Assembly: GCA_905205405.1 (NCBI GenBank)
Contig: CAJLDK010000001.1
Coordinates: 35,392 to 99,391, forward strand
Direction of reading: 5' to 3'
Source of the DNA: an uncultured Collinsella sp.
GTDB lineage: Bacteria > Actinomycetota > Coriobacteriia > Coriobacteriales > Coriobacteriaceae
Length of the DNA: 64,000 bases
The notes beneath the pieces were generated by a model. The model was not told the origin of the DNA and made no database searches. It worked only from the letters and a program-made list of their open reading frames with translations. Below, one piece after another: positions 1-9,567 of this stretch. Made by a program: the position numbers and the translations under genes. The stretch's first letter is position 1; each line of letters begins with the position of its first letter.

Positions 1-761
1 TGGCCTCCACGGCCGTCGTCACGGCCATCGGCTGCGACGCGGGCGGCTGGAGGCGCGTCCTGGGCGTCGACGTGGTGGACACGGAATCGTACGACTCGTG
101 GCTGGCATTCCTCAGGAAGATCCGCGACCGCGGCGTCTCCGGCGTGGAGCTCGTCGTCTCCGACGCGCACGCGGGCCTCGTCGCGGCCGCGGCGGAGGTC
201 TTCCAGGGGGCGGCATGGCAGCGCTGCGCCGTCCACCTCATGCGCGACTGCATGCGCGAGGCGGGTTCCTGGCAGCTGAAGCGCCGCGTGGGCAGGATCG
301 TCTCGCAGGTGTTCCGCGGGCGCGACGCCGCCACCGTGACCGCCATGTACCACGCGGCGTGCGACATGCTGGAGGGGTGCTGCCCGAGGGCGGCGGCGAT
401 CCTCGAGGGGGCCGAGCCGGACGCCCTGGCATACCTCGACTTCCCGCCGTCGCACTGGAAGCGCCTGCGCACCAACAACGTCCAGGAGCGGACGAACCGC
501 GAGATAAAGCGCAGGTCGAGGGTGGTGCAGGCGTTCCCCTCGACGGCGTCGCTGGTGCGGCTGGCCGGCGCGGTCATGCGCGAGCAGGACGAGACATGGC
601 AGGAATCCAGGTACTTCTCGGAGGCGAAGATGAGGGAGCTCTACGACGAGGGCCGCACGCGCGGGCTCGACGGGACGGTCGACTGGGCGCGGCTGGAAGC
701 CGAGGCCAGGAAGATGATTGAATCCGGCCTCGAGCTTGCGGACAGGATCGAGACGGCATAG
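1..761 (+). mobile_element. IS256-family (Mutator-type) transposase, C-terminal ~250 aa. The reading frame is open from the window start, so the gene is 5'-truncated by the window edge.
   Basis: The translated frame from position 3 reads ...AVVTAIGCDAGGWRRVLGVDVVDTESYDSWLAFLRKIRDRGVSGVELVVSDAHAGL...HWKRLRTNNVQERTNREIKRR. The DDE region and C-terminal motifs are typical of IS256 transposases. GC stays high until ~790 and then drops. Confidence 0.8.
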
Positions 762-978
762 GATATCAACTGTGTTCCAGGTTCCTGGACGCCGGGCCGA
801 CTCGCTTCGGATCGGACGCTACACCAACTTTCTCGACACTACCTCCTTAAACGTCAGTCTTTAAATGACAGGCTTATTTAATGCCATTTATATCCAGCAT
901 GCCGCCATAAAAGAAAGAACACCAGGGTGAAAGTCCACCCCGGCGTCCATAAAAATACATCCAATGATGATGTCAAGC

Positions 979-1185
979 TTATCCACTAATAAAATCTGAC
1001 ATGGGACAACATCTAAGGCAAATGCCACATTCGCGGCATTTGTCACCATCAACAATAGGAACAACATACCCATATTTGTCACATGTAGGTTCAATGGCGT
1101 TGAACGGGCACGCCGCTCCACAACACAAACAACCACAACAGAGAGAACTTTCTATTACTACTTCCACAGTCTGCTTATATTCCAT
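979..1185 (-). CDS. Small 4Fe-4S dicluster ferredoxin-domain protein (68 aa)
   Basis: Two Cys clusters are present (CCGCLCCGAACP and CRECGICLRCCP). Its start overlaps the upstream stop as TAATG, so it is translationally coupled to the FrhB-like gene. Confidence 0.6.
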   Translation of the reverse strand: MEYKQTVEVVIESSLCCGCLCCGAACPFNAIEPTCDKYGYVVPIVDGDKCRECGICLRCCPMSDFISG

Positions 1186-2225
1186 TATCCCTTCCTCACG
1201 ATTCTCTTAATTGAACCATAAAGATCAGAAGGTAGTAGCTGTTTTGCAAGACGTTTAACAGTCAACCTTGGCTTAAGGGTAGTATCAAACAACGCCTCAA
1301 GATCTCCATAAGACCTATGGTTGGCAATCGCGCAAAGCAGATCGTCCCTCGATGTTGGCCTAACTGTCGGGCTATTCAAATTATGGTTTTCTCTAGAGGC
1401 AAGCTGTATATTGGAAACAACATATTTGCATTCCCTAGAAGAATACTGCTTGAAAAACTGCACCCCTTTCAAGCTGTTAACCAAGAGCAGAGAAACACCA
1501 TTCGGGTCGTAAAAATCAGGATGAGCAGACTCAATACCCCAGTAATCTCCTATCGTAAAGTCAGTTACACGCTCGCGCTTGGAAAACGGGCATTTATAGC
1601 ATGACTCTCTGTACGTCTCTCCCCTGAGAAAGGCTGCATAATATGGATCATTATCGCCCGGCTCACATACCTCTATTTTTTTACCGTTCCTGTAGTAGTA
1701 GTAATAGTAGTAGAGACCCCAGCCTTTTTTCTTCGTACGAAAACGAAATGAATGGATTCCGTCATCCGCTTTTTGCTTACGCGCCAACCAGAGCTGATGA
1801 GCCCGAAATAGCTCATTATTAGGGGCACCATGACAGATAAGGTCACAGAGCAGCAATCGCTTAAGAAGAGAATCTGAATGCAACTTCAACTGAACGTACG
1901 CCAACACGGCAGCGCACTGACACGGAAGCCCGACAAACATAACAAGCCGGTCTGATTTCAAGCACTCAACCACGGAATCAAATATGCAAGAGATGTCACT
2001 TTGAACATAGGCGCTGCCCTGCAAACTAGCAATCTCCTGAAGCGTTTCTGCCTTTTCATGAGCGACAAATCCTCCATCCTGCATTTTTGCCCCGAAGACG
2101 ATACCGCCCATTGCAATAATCGGTCGCGCCAGGACAGAGAAAGCTCCTCCAGAAGCGGCGCGCTGAAGTGATACTTCATCCCGATCTTTAATAGCATAAA
2201 CAGCAAGGGGCTCATGAAATTCCAT
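1185..2225 (-). CDS. Coenzyme F420 hydrogenase/dehydrogenase beta-subunit-like (FrhB/FdhB family) protein, of the type found in polysaccharide loci
   Basis: 346 aa with FrhB-like Cys motifs (LPCQCAAV, CDLICHG). ATG start with an AGGAGG SD. Adjacent to a pyruvyl transferase, which is a recurrent pairing in capsule loci. Confidence 0.6.
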   Translation of the reverse strand: MEFHEPLAVYAIKDRDEVSLQRAASGGAFSVLARPIIAMGGIVFGAKMQDGGFVAHEKAETLQEIASLQGSAYVQSDISCIFDSVVECLKSDRLVMFVGLPCQCAAVLAYVQLKLHSDSLLKRLLLCDLICHGAPNNELFRAHQLWLARKQKADDGIHSFRFRTKKKGWGLYYYYYYYRNGKKIEVCEPGDNDPYYAAFLRGETYRESCYKCPFSKRERVTDFTIGDYWGIESAHPDFYDPNGVSLLLVNSLKGVQFFKQYSSRECKYVVSNIQLASRENHNLNSPTVRPTSRDDLLCAIANHRSYGDLEALFDTTLKPRLTVKRLAKQLLPSDLYGSIKRIVRKG

Positions 2226-2228
2226 TAA

Positions 2229-3650
2229 CTACCTCCTAGATACTTTCAAAAAGACTGCCGATAAGAGCGTAGAGATTCTAGATCTGTACAACATAAAAGT
2301 ACCGAATATAGAGAATACGAGGCTCAAAGCATTTAAATCAAATGACCCAGAGAAATAAGCTGCAGAACATACAATCAAAAGCACTGCTGGAAGAAGGAAC
2401 GAACGAAGCTCAACAAAAATCCCAATTCTCTTTTCAAGAATTGCGCATCGAATGACAATGTTCAATATGAAAGAAATTAAAACCGATAAATTTGAGCCAA
2501 AGCAGCCAAAATATTCAGTTAAGGGATATACGAGAATGCCATTCGCAATACATGAAATGACCATCGATACGCCAATAGTCTTTGTATCCTTGATGACATA
2601 AAAAATGTTTCCAATGAATGTAGAGACCGCACTCACAACCGCAACCCAAAGAAACGAAGGCACGACAGAATATGCAGCTGAATATGACGAACCCACAAGG
2701 ATAGGAAATGCGAGAGAGATCACCGGAAGAAGAACAGCTGTACTCGACAAAAGAAATCCGGTGTATTGTGAAATTGCACGAGAATAAAATGAAGCGGGCT
2801 TAATTTCACTCGTAAAAGCGACATCCTGCCAGGCAAGTGTAAAACAAGTCGTCGCCAATGCAACCGTCGATCCAAATTTTGAACCAATCGCAAAGACGCC
2901 ATTTGCTGAAAGTGAAAGCACCGTCGATACTGCAACGCGACTCAAACTTGTAAGAAACCAGTAAGCAACAGAGTTAATACCCAACGGGGCAGAATAAATG
3001 AACAAATCACGCACTTGGTTTGAATCTGGTTTATGAATATGATTCCACATTTCCATACGGCAAAATAGATACACGCATTGAATCGTAAAACCCGCCGCGT
3101 ACGAAATATATAAAGATTCATAACCCAAATGAAGGAGCAGAATCAAAAAAAGGTTCAGGCCCACATTGAGCAAAGTGCAAAGAACACCCGAAATGGCAAA
3201 ATCAACATTATTCCCCTTGCCTCTGGCAATACCGGAAAACATTGACTGGCAGTTAGTTGTCACTCCATAAATCAAAATCAAACCGAGCGACGGGATATCA
3301 ATGAACAGAGAGAGGCCGAGGGCAATTAATATGTACAAGATGGTAGAAACAGCAAAAATAACCCAACCAGATGCAATTACTTTCCAGGGTGCCTCGCCCT
3401 CTAGATCGTCACGCATCATACGCATGACACTTGACCAGATATCACAGTACAAAAACGAGGTCAGTAGAGTGGCGTATGTAATCGACAAGTCATAGTAGCC
3501 ATAGTCCTGAGTTGGAAGCACATTTGTGTAGAGAGGAATTAGCAATAGGGTAATTATTTTACTCATCGAGCTACCCACAAAAAAGATACCGGTCGATTTT
3601 GCAAACGAAAGGAATCCAGAACTCTTGCTATTAACTAAGGTATCTCCCAA
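2229..3650 (-). CDS. wzx: Oligosaccharide flippase Wzx (MOP superfamily polysaccharide biosynthesis protein)
   Basis: 473 aa with ~12 predicted TM helices and a Wzx-like N-terminus (KIITLLLIPLYTNVL). Probable TTG start. Lies within the low-GC locus. Confidence 0.8.
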   Translation of the reverse strand: MGDTLVNSKSSGFLSFAKSTGIFFVGSSMSKIITLLLIPLYTNVLPTQDYGYYDLSITYATLLTSFLYCDIWSSVMRMMRDDLEGEAPWKVIASGWVIFAVSTILYILIALGLSLFIDIPSLGLILIYGVTTNCQSMFSGIARGKGNNVDFAISGVLCTLLNVGLNLFLILLLHLGYESLYISYAAGFTIQCVYLFCRMEMWNHIHKPDSNQVRDLFIYSAPLGINSVAYWFLTSLSRVAVSTVLSLSANGVFAIGSKFGSTVALATTCFTLAWQDVAFTSEIKPASFYSRAISQYTGFLLSSTAVLLPVISLAFPILVGSSYSAAYSVVPSFLWVAVVSAVSTFIGNIFYVIKDTKTIGVSMVISCIANGILVYPLTEYFGCFGSNLSVLISFILNIVIRCAILEKRIGIFVELRSFLLPAVLLIVCSAAYFSGSFDLNALSLVFSIFGTFMLYRSRISTLLSAVFLKVSRR

Positions 3651-3652
3651 AT

Positions 3653-4780
3653 CTACAACGCCTCCTCAAGGAATGCGATGCTCTTTTTCCGCATCTCATC
3701 CAATTTCTCGGTAGCATACTCGAAGTCAATTTGGCGCTCATACATGGCAATGTCCTGTTGTGAAGCCAACATCCGATCCTCCGTGCCAGTCAGCGCAAGA
3801 ACACTCGCAATGCGAGTGCTAAAGCGTTCAGGTGCAATGGCGGTAAACGGAATTCCAAAATTCAAAGAATACGCTGTCGCATGAAAAGAGTCAGTAATCA
3901 CATATGAAGCATTGAGAAATAGACCAACAAACTCCTCAACAGACGGGGCGATGAGTGTCTTGGCAGATTTCATGACATCATAAATGCCGTATGAGATTTT
4001 AACTACATTCAAACCATACTTCTTTGCGACCGCCTCGACGTAGTCAACGAATGCCTTGCTCTTGTTAAGTTGATATACAAGTAAATAAGGGCCATCAATT
4101 CCCTCGGGCATCTTGGCAATGGATTCCCAATCATGCTTATTAAGCATGAGGGTTGGGTCCAAGACCAGCTGCGCATCGCTGAATCCTAAATCATTTAAAA
4201 TCCCAATTCCAGATGATTCACGCATGGAAATAGCCTTGTATTGCGATAAAGCCTCCTTCATCAAAGGCTTCTCCCAATCATCAACTTCATTTCTTCCGAT
4301 GCTTGCGGCAAAAGAAATACGCGGTTTCCCTTCCGGTGCAAACGTAAGATAGAAAGGCTTTTCGAAGCCATTGTTCCAAACACTATTCCAAACCTGATCA
4401 GAACCGGTGCAATATACATCCGCTACAGGGGGATAAAGTTCGAGCTCATCGGCAGAGCGATACATACGCTTAGAAAGGTGAAGATACTTAGACCTAAAAT
4501 CATCAAACGGTTTCCTTTGACGCTTAACGATCGCACCCATAGGAACAGAGAGCAAACGCTTCAACCAAGGAGCCCTATCCCAAACACCTTGAAACTTCTG
4601 CATTCTTCTACCCATAAATGCTTTCTCAACTGCATACTCAGGCAGATTATCTGCTCGATAGTAATCAATAACCTCAACTTCCCATCCGAGCGATTCAAAT
4701 AGTTTTTGAGTCGCAAAGGTTTGCAAGCAGGACCCGTAATTTGAAACGGTGTGCAGGGTAATCAAAGCAACTTTTGACAT
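3653..4780 (-). CDS. Polysaccharide pyruvyl transferase family protein (WcaK/CsaB-like)
   Basis: 375 aa. N-terminus MSKVALITLHTVSNYGSCLQTFAT is typical of pyruvyl transferases. ATG start with an AAAGGA SD. Confidence 0.8.
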   Translation of the reverse strand: MSKVALITLHTVSNYGSCLQTFATQKLFESLGWEVEVIDYYRADNLPEYAVEKAFMGRRMQKFQGVWDRAPWLKRLLSVPMGAIVKRQRKPFDDFRSKYLHLSKRMYRSADELELYPPVADVYCTGSDQVWNSVWNNGFEKPFYLTFAPEGKPRISFAASIGRNEVDDWEKPLMKEALSQYKAISMRESSGIGILNDLGFSDAQLVLDPTLMLNKHDWESIAKMPEGIDGPYLLVYQLNKSKAFVDYVEAVAKKYGLNVVKISYGIYDVMKSAKTLIAPSVEEFVGLFLNASYVITDSFHATAYSLNFGIPFTAIAPERFSTRIASVLALTGTEDRMLASQQDIAMYERQIDFEYATEKLDEMRKKSIAFLEEAL

Positions 4781-4783
4781 AAA

Positions 4784-5746
4784 TTATCCTTTCTTAGCAA
4801 GATAAACAGCTTTGTAAACAGGCCTCGCAAAACAATATGTAATAGCCTGTATTTTTTTGAAGCCAGGAATATCCTCATTCCGGATAACGCTTCCGAGAAA
4901 ACGTTTTGGCTCCTTTAGAACAACATTTGCGATTTCATTCGGCATTTCGAGGTCTCTTACGGCAAACGCATTGTAAACAGCGACCTGAGAAAAAAAGCAC
5001 GAAGTCTCAGCGACATTAATCAAAGCAGGCACATGCCTGCGGATATATTCGAGCTGTTCATGGGATGCCTCGATTGGAAACACGTTAACACTAGAACTTC
5101 TCGATATACTTCCTTCTCTATGCCGATAGTAATATAACGGCCTATCCTCATAATAAGAACAATTTGATCTTAAAATTAAGCGATAGCACATGAATTGATC
5201 TTCGGAGTTCTTGCCTTCCGGAAACGCCAGGCCTTTAAATAAGCTGGCAAGAAATAACTTTCCGTTCATTGACATATCAAAGGAACGGTACGAGTTTAGA
5301 GCTCGAGCAGCCTCAATCGGCCCAAGGCGTTTACTTGTAAAAGCCGGACGAATTTCATGGCTAGACTGTCCACCGCAATCGATATATCGCCCAGAAATGG
5401 AAATATCGGCATTAAACTCATTGGCATTTGAATACATAACAGATAAATAGTCGGAATCAATGTAGTCATCTGAATCAACAAAAGCGATATACATACCATT
5501 CGCCGCAGCAACTCCAGTATTGCGCGCGCCAGCAAGACCCCTATTCGCTTGGTCAATAATCCGAATACGCGAATCCTTTTTCGCATAATCAGCAAGAATC
5601 CCTCGCGATCTGTCCGTAGAACCATCGTTCACCGCTATTACTTCAAAATCGGCATAGCTTTGCGCAAGAACACTATCTAAACAATCAGGCAAATAATCCT
5701 CAACATTATAGACAGGGATTATCAAACTTATATTAGGAGATCTCAT
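4784..5746 (-). CDS. Family 2 glycosyltransferase
   Basis: ISLIIPVYNVEDYLPDCLDSVLAQSYADFEVIAVNDGSTD...DSDD, the GT-A DxD signature. Confidence 0.85.
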   Translation of the reverse strand: MRSPNISLIIPVYNVEDYLPDCLDSVLAQSYADFEVIAVNDGSTDRSRGILADYAKKDSRIRIIDQANRGLAGARNTGVAAANGMYIAFVDSDDYIDSDYLSVMYSNANEFNADISISGRYIDCGGQSSHEIRPAFTSKRLGPIEAARALNSYRSFDMSMNGKLFLASLFKGLAFPEGKNSEDQFMCYRLILRSNCSYYEDRPLYYYRHREGSISRSSSVNVFPIEASHEQLEYIRRHVPALINVAETSCFFSQVAVYNAFAVRDLEMPNEIANVVLKEPKRFLGSVIRNEDIPGFKKIQAITYCFARPVYKAVYLAKKG

Positions 5747-6858
5747 AAGGAGCCTTTCATTAATATGGAGTGATATGGGACGACGTTATTGCCATTCCAC
5801 ATCCCGATTGTGATAGCGATATACACGATATATAGAACAACAATCACCAACTGAATCAGGAACTTCAATTTGATATTCGATATCGAGTCGATTGCCAGAG
5901 GCAAAAGAATTACAGAAGGCAGAGAAAAAACCCAGCGTAAACGCTGAGAAAGCGGAATCAGACCGGATAAGATTGCAATTGATGTCGCAACAAGCTGGCA
6001 CCAGAGAAGAATACGATAGCGTTCGGAATAAGCACCGCCATACAGCTTAGGTACAATCGCGGAAAATAATAGGACCACGACATTCAACGCGATAACGACA
6101 TTCCCGCTTTCGCCCGTATCAAAGATGGATCCGATATAGCCAGCGTATTGAGTTTTGGCAATGATGGTATTAACGAAAGATGCAATGGGGACCTTAAGAA
6201 GTAAAAATCCCGACACCAAAACCAAACAAATGCATGGAGTAATTTTAAGACGCGGAAAATAGTATGCAGCGATAAATACAAGCGAACTTGAGTGAAACGT
6301 GCTCGCTATCGCAACGCAGACCGCAAATTTTACCGGATCTCTCTCCTCTATATAACGAAGCGAAAACAACAAAATGGAAACCGCAAGCATCTGCCTCATG
6401 GCGTTCATGTAGATAAACAAATAAGACATCCCAAATAGGAGGAAGACGGATAATGCGGGATGAGAAGATTCACGCATAATGGCAGCATATGTCAACGCGA
6501 AAAATGCTACAGAACATACCAGGAATACGGGCAGAGGGTTATCTGTAAAACGAGCGACAAGGTAATTGAGGGCGTAATAGCCGATTTCCATTTCCTGGAA
6601 CCCCAAACCCGAACGCACACGATAGAAGTAAGGCACGTAAGTATAAAAATAATCTTGCCCAACACCATAACGAAAGCCAGTAAGAATAATGAAAACAAGT
6701 GCGGAGGCGACAACGCCCCAGCGCGAATAATCTCGTCCGTCGCGGGCAGAGATTGCAGACCGGGATGTCGCCGCCACTGAGTTCAAAGGTCTCTGAGCTA
6801 GTAGCATAAAACCAACCGCAAGCAGAAGGCTAATCCAGTATGGAGCCAATAGACTCAA
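5743..6858 (-). CDS. wzy: EpsG-family polysaccharide polymerase (Wzy-like)
   Basis: 371 aa polytopic membrane protein with an EpsG-like composition. TTG start at 6858, or alternatively Met at 6807. Overlaps the GT2 start by ATGA. Confidence 0.6.
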   Translation of the reverse strand: MSLLAPYWISLLLAVGFMLLAQRPLNSVAATSRSAISARDGRDYSRWGVVASALVFIILTGFRYGVGQDYFYTYVPYFYRVRSGLGFQEMEIGYYALNYLVARFTDNPLPVFLVCSVAFFALTYAAIMRESSHPALSVFLLFGMSYLFIYMNAMRQMLAVSILLFSLRYIEERDPVKFAVCVAIASTFHSSSLVFIAAYYFPRLKITPCICLVLVSGFLLLKVPIASFVNTIIAKTQYAGYIGSIFDTGESGNVVIALNVVVLLFSAIVPKLYGGAYSERYRILLWCQLVATSIAILSGLIPLSQRLRWVFSLPSVILLPLAIDSISNIKLKFLIQLVIVVLYIVYIAITIGMWNGNNVVPYHSILMKGSL

Positions 6859-7954
6859 ACCTCCCTGTAGCAGCAGCCAAATAAAAATCCGTCATCTTTT
6901 TCGTGTTATCCCTAAAATCAAAACCGTGAATAGCGGCGCAATCTGCATAGGCTCTACGATTGATGCACGATGATGCGCCAACGATTTGTTGTGCCCAGGC
7001 AACGGGCCCAGCATTCAAATCTAAAAACTCTGTAATATCAGAAATGACAACTTCTTTCGTAATCTCAGAGGAAAAATAGCTCGGTAAACCGCTGCATTGC
7101 GCCTCAATTCCCACCAAGGGAAGACCCTCGAACAGGGAGGGCAAAACAAATGCATCCATAGCTGAATAGTAGGCCTGGGGCTCATCAGTAACAGATTGGA
7201 AGATAACCTTGCCATTCAGCCCTTTACTAGAAACGAGATTTCGTATCGAGCCCTCAAGTTCGCCGGTACCCACCAGCAATAGACAGCTATCTGGTTTCAA
7301 CCGAACAATCTCTTCAAAAATCTCAATCAAAAACTGATGATTTTTCTGCAAATTAAAGCGACCCATATGACCAACCAACAATTGTCCCGGAACAATCCCC
7401 AAGCTGCGCCTAATACGATCGCGATCATCTTGATTAAATGAAAACCGCTCAGAATCAATTGCATTCTTAGCTAAATAGAATTGTCTATCGCCAAAAAGAT
7501 ATTTGCCCGCTTCTGTAGAACACGCAAGGCGAATATTCGCGTGAATTCCAGCAGTCTTAAAGAGCAGTTTTTTTGTATACCCCTTTGGTGTTCGAAGATA
7601 GGAAGCTCCGTGGCTATGTGCTATGCGGGCACGTACGCCAGCATTCTCGGCAGCAAACAGATAAAGACCCGCAAGACTCGCGGCATGGCCATGAACCACA
7701 TCCCATTTGTTTCCAGAGTACAACCTCTTTAGCTCGTGCCAATAAGAGATAACATTCTTATTATCCAAAACAGGCAAACGATAAATACGGCCTCCAAGCT
7801 CCTCTATCTCATCATCGAAGAACCCTCGTGAATTGTGATGGACTAGAAAGTCAAAATGCACAGTATCGCGATCAATAATTCGATACATATTCATGATGTA
7901 GTTTTCAATACCGCCAGAATTCATATCTGGAACAGCATGAAGGACTTTAATCAT
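6830..7954 (-). CDS. Family 4 glycosyltransferase (GT-B, GT1/GT4)
   Basis: MIKVLHAVPDMNSGGIENYI...EGLPLVGIEAQCSGLP. Start at 7954 with an AGGAGGAG SD. The ORF track extends the start to 7990. Confidence 0.85.
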   Translation of the reverse strand: MIKVLHAVPDMNSGGIENYIMNMYRIIDRDTVHFDFLVHHNSRGFFDDEIEELGGRIYRLPVLDNKNVISYWHELKRLYSGNKWDVVHGHAASLAGLYLFAAENAGVRARIAHSHGASYLRTPKGYTKKLLFKTAGIHANIRLACSTEAGKYLFGDRQFYLAKNAIDSERFSFNQDDRDRIRRSLGIVPGQLLVGHMGRFNLQKNHQFLIEIFEEIVRLKPDSCLLLVGTGELEGSIRNLVSSKGLNGKVIFQSVTDEPQAYYSAMDAFVLPSLFEGLPLVGIEAQCSGLPSYFSSEITKEVVISDITEFLDLNAGPVAWAQQIVGASSCINRRAYADCAAIHGFDFRDNTKKMTDFYLAAATGRFESIGSILD

Positions 7955-8777
7955 CGCTCCTCCTGAGCATATTCGTATATACAAACCCACGCAGGCAATT
8001 GGGCATCAGGCAAACAATCAGTTGGGGCAAAAAGGAAATCAGGAAATCTGCTACCGTAAAATAACCAATACGCAACTGAGCAGATTTGAACTTCCAAACA
8101 TGAGCCAAATAACCCAGGCCTCCGCGCCTCTCATAAAAATCAGGACTAACTCTCATGGCCACAAGCGTTTCGTGAAGATTCTCAGCTCGGCAACCAGCTG
8201 CAAGCATTCGATTAAATAAATCCCAATCTTCGAAATACAGATACTCGGAACTGTAATTGCCCGCTTTCAACACCTTTGATCGTTTGAATGTCATTGGCGG
8301 ATGACGAAATGGATTTCTACGCTTTGAACAAGCAATAATATTGTTGAGACCTTCGGGGAGATCCGTTCGTGCAATCGGCTTGTCAGGAGACTCGACGAAT
8401 TCAATTACTTGGCTCCCAACCATATCAAGACCATCTTGAATCGCCTTTAGTTGTTTCTCCATACGATCAGAACGTGCAATATCGTCTGTATCCATACGTG
8501 CAACAATATCGTTAGCACAAGCAAGCATTCCCCTGTGTAACGCATAGCCAAGACCGTGGTTTTCCTCGTAGGCAATAAAACTAAAGATGCCAGGATAACG
8601 GCGGTCATACTCAGCCAGAACTGAATCGAGTTCTTTTGTTAACGGTCCATCCTTAACCATAACGATTTCCGCTGGTGGAATCGTCTGGTTAATAATGCTG
8701 TCCAAAGAAGCACGAAGATACGCAGGGTTCTCCTTAAGATAAATGCTCATGAGAACGCTATAAGCCTGAGAAGCCAT
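7947..8777 (-). CDS. Family 2 glycosyltransferase
   Basis: VLMSIYLKENPAYLRASLDSIINQT...VKDGP...DTDD. Confidence 0.85.
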   Translation of the reverse strand: MASQAYSVLMSIYLKENPAYLRASLDSIINQTIPPAEIVMVKDGPLTKELDSVLAEYDRRYPGIFSFIAYEENHGLGYALHRGMLACANDIVARMDTDDIARSDRMEKQLKAIQDGLDMVGSQVIEFVESPDKPIARTDLPEGLNNIIACSKRRNPFRHPPMTFKRSKVLKAGNYSSEYLYFEDWDLFNRMLAAGCRAENLHETLVAMRVSPDFYERRGGLGYLAHVWKFKSAQLRIGYFTVADFLISFLPQLIVCLMPNCLRGFVYTNMLRRSDD

Positions 8778-9464
8778 TTATCGCCCCGTCCTCTTCTTGC
8801 CGAACATGGCACCGAAGGTGCCGGTGAAGCACTTCAGGTCCATGCATAAACAGCGATTACGTACGTAATGAAGCTCAATCTTCTGTCGCAAGCCGCTCTC
8901 AAATGTCGCGGCGTTACGATCGGTGGCCTGCCACAGGCCCGTGATGCCGGGCTGGACAGAGAGCAGCTCTGCCTTCTCCTCGTCGGAAAAGTGCTGCTCG
9001 AGCTCATCCCTTGTAATGGGACGAGGTCCAATGACGGAAAGGTCGCCGTTCAGCACGTTCAAGAACTGCGGCATCTCGTCGATTGAGCACTTACGGATGA
9101 ATTGGCCGACTTTGGTAATGCGGGGGTCATCGTCGACCTTACGCTCGACTTCCCACTGATGCAGTTGCTCAGGGCTCAGATACTTCTGCACGTTGCCGGC
9201 ATCGGCGACCATGCTGCGAAGCTTAAGGATCTTGATAGTCTTACCACCCTTGCCAATGCGCTCTTGTGCATACATAGGGCTACCGGACGATTCAAGCCTA
9301 ATGAGTGCACACACCGCAGCAACAGGAATTAGCAGCAGAACACTCATCAAAAGACTGAACACAAGGTCAAACAGCCTCTTAACAATGCGATACCCAAGCG
9401 TGCCGCTCGGCTTTATCTGATCGAAAAGCAGTGCGTCCCCCATAGATGCACGGCTCTCTGTCAT
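8778..9464 (-). CDS. Polyprenyl-phosphate sugar phosphotransferase (Bac_transf family, PglC/WcaJ-C-like priming glycosyltransferase). The start is uncertain: the ORF is open to a GTG at 9527.
   Basis: RLFDLVFSLLMSVLLLIPVAAVCALIRLESSGSPMYAQERIGKGGKTIKILKLRSM...VIGPRPI is the canonical sugar-transferase core. A G10 tract lies at 9512-9521, just 5' of or inside the N-terminus. Confidence 0.8.
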   Translation of the reverse strand: MTESRASMGDALLFDQIKPSGTLGYRIVKRLFDLVFSLLMSVLLLIPVAAVCALIRLESSGSPMYAQERIGKGGKTIKILKLRSMVADAGNVQKYLSPEQLHQWEVERKVDDDPRITKVGQFIRKCSIDEMPQFLNVLNGDLSVIGPRPITRDELEQHFSDEEKAELLSVQPGITGLWQATDRNAATFESGLRQKIELHYVRNRCLCMDLKCFTGTFGAMFGKKRTGR

Positions 9465-9511
9465 TTCTTTATTAGCAGTCACGATAAAACTTACGTCCCT
9501 GTCCCCAGGAA

Positions 9512-9521
9512 CCCCCCCCCC
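9512..9521. repeat. Homopolymeric tract: C10 on the plus strand, G10 on the coding strand
   Basis: Positions 9512-9521 are ten consecutive C. They encode GGG GGG GGG if translation starts at the GTG at 9527; otherwise they lie in the 5' leader. Confidence 0.9.
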
Positions 9522-9567
9522 ATCCACGAATTCAAAAAACGAATGAATTGCCGGTGCAACGTCTCCC

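Noticed and set aside
72-761. Treating the 229-aa ORF as a complete transposase gene
   Set aside because: The frame is open to position 1 and the N-terminal half of IS256 transposases is missing. It is a window-truncated or remnant gene.
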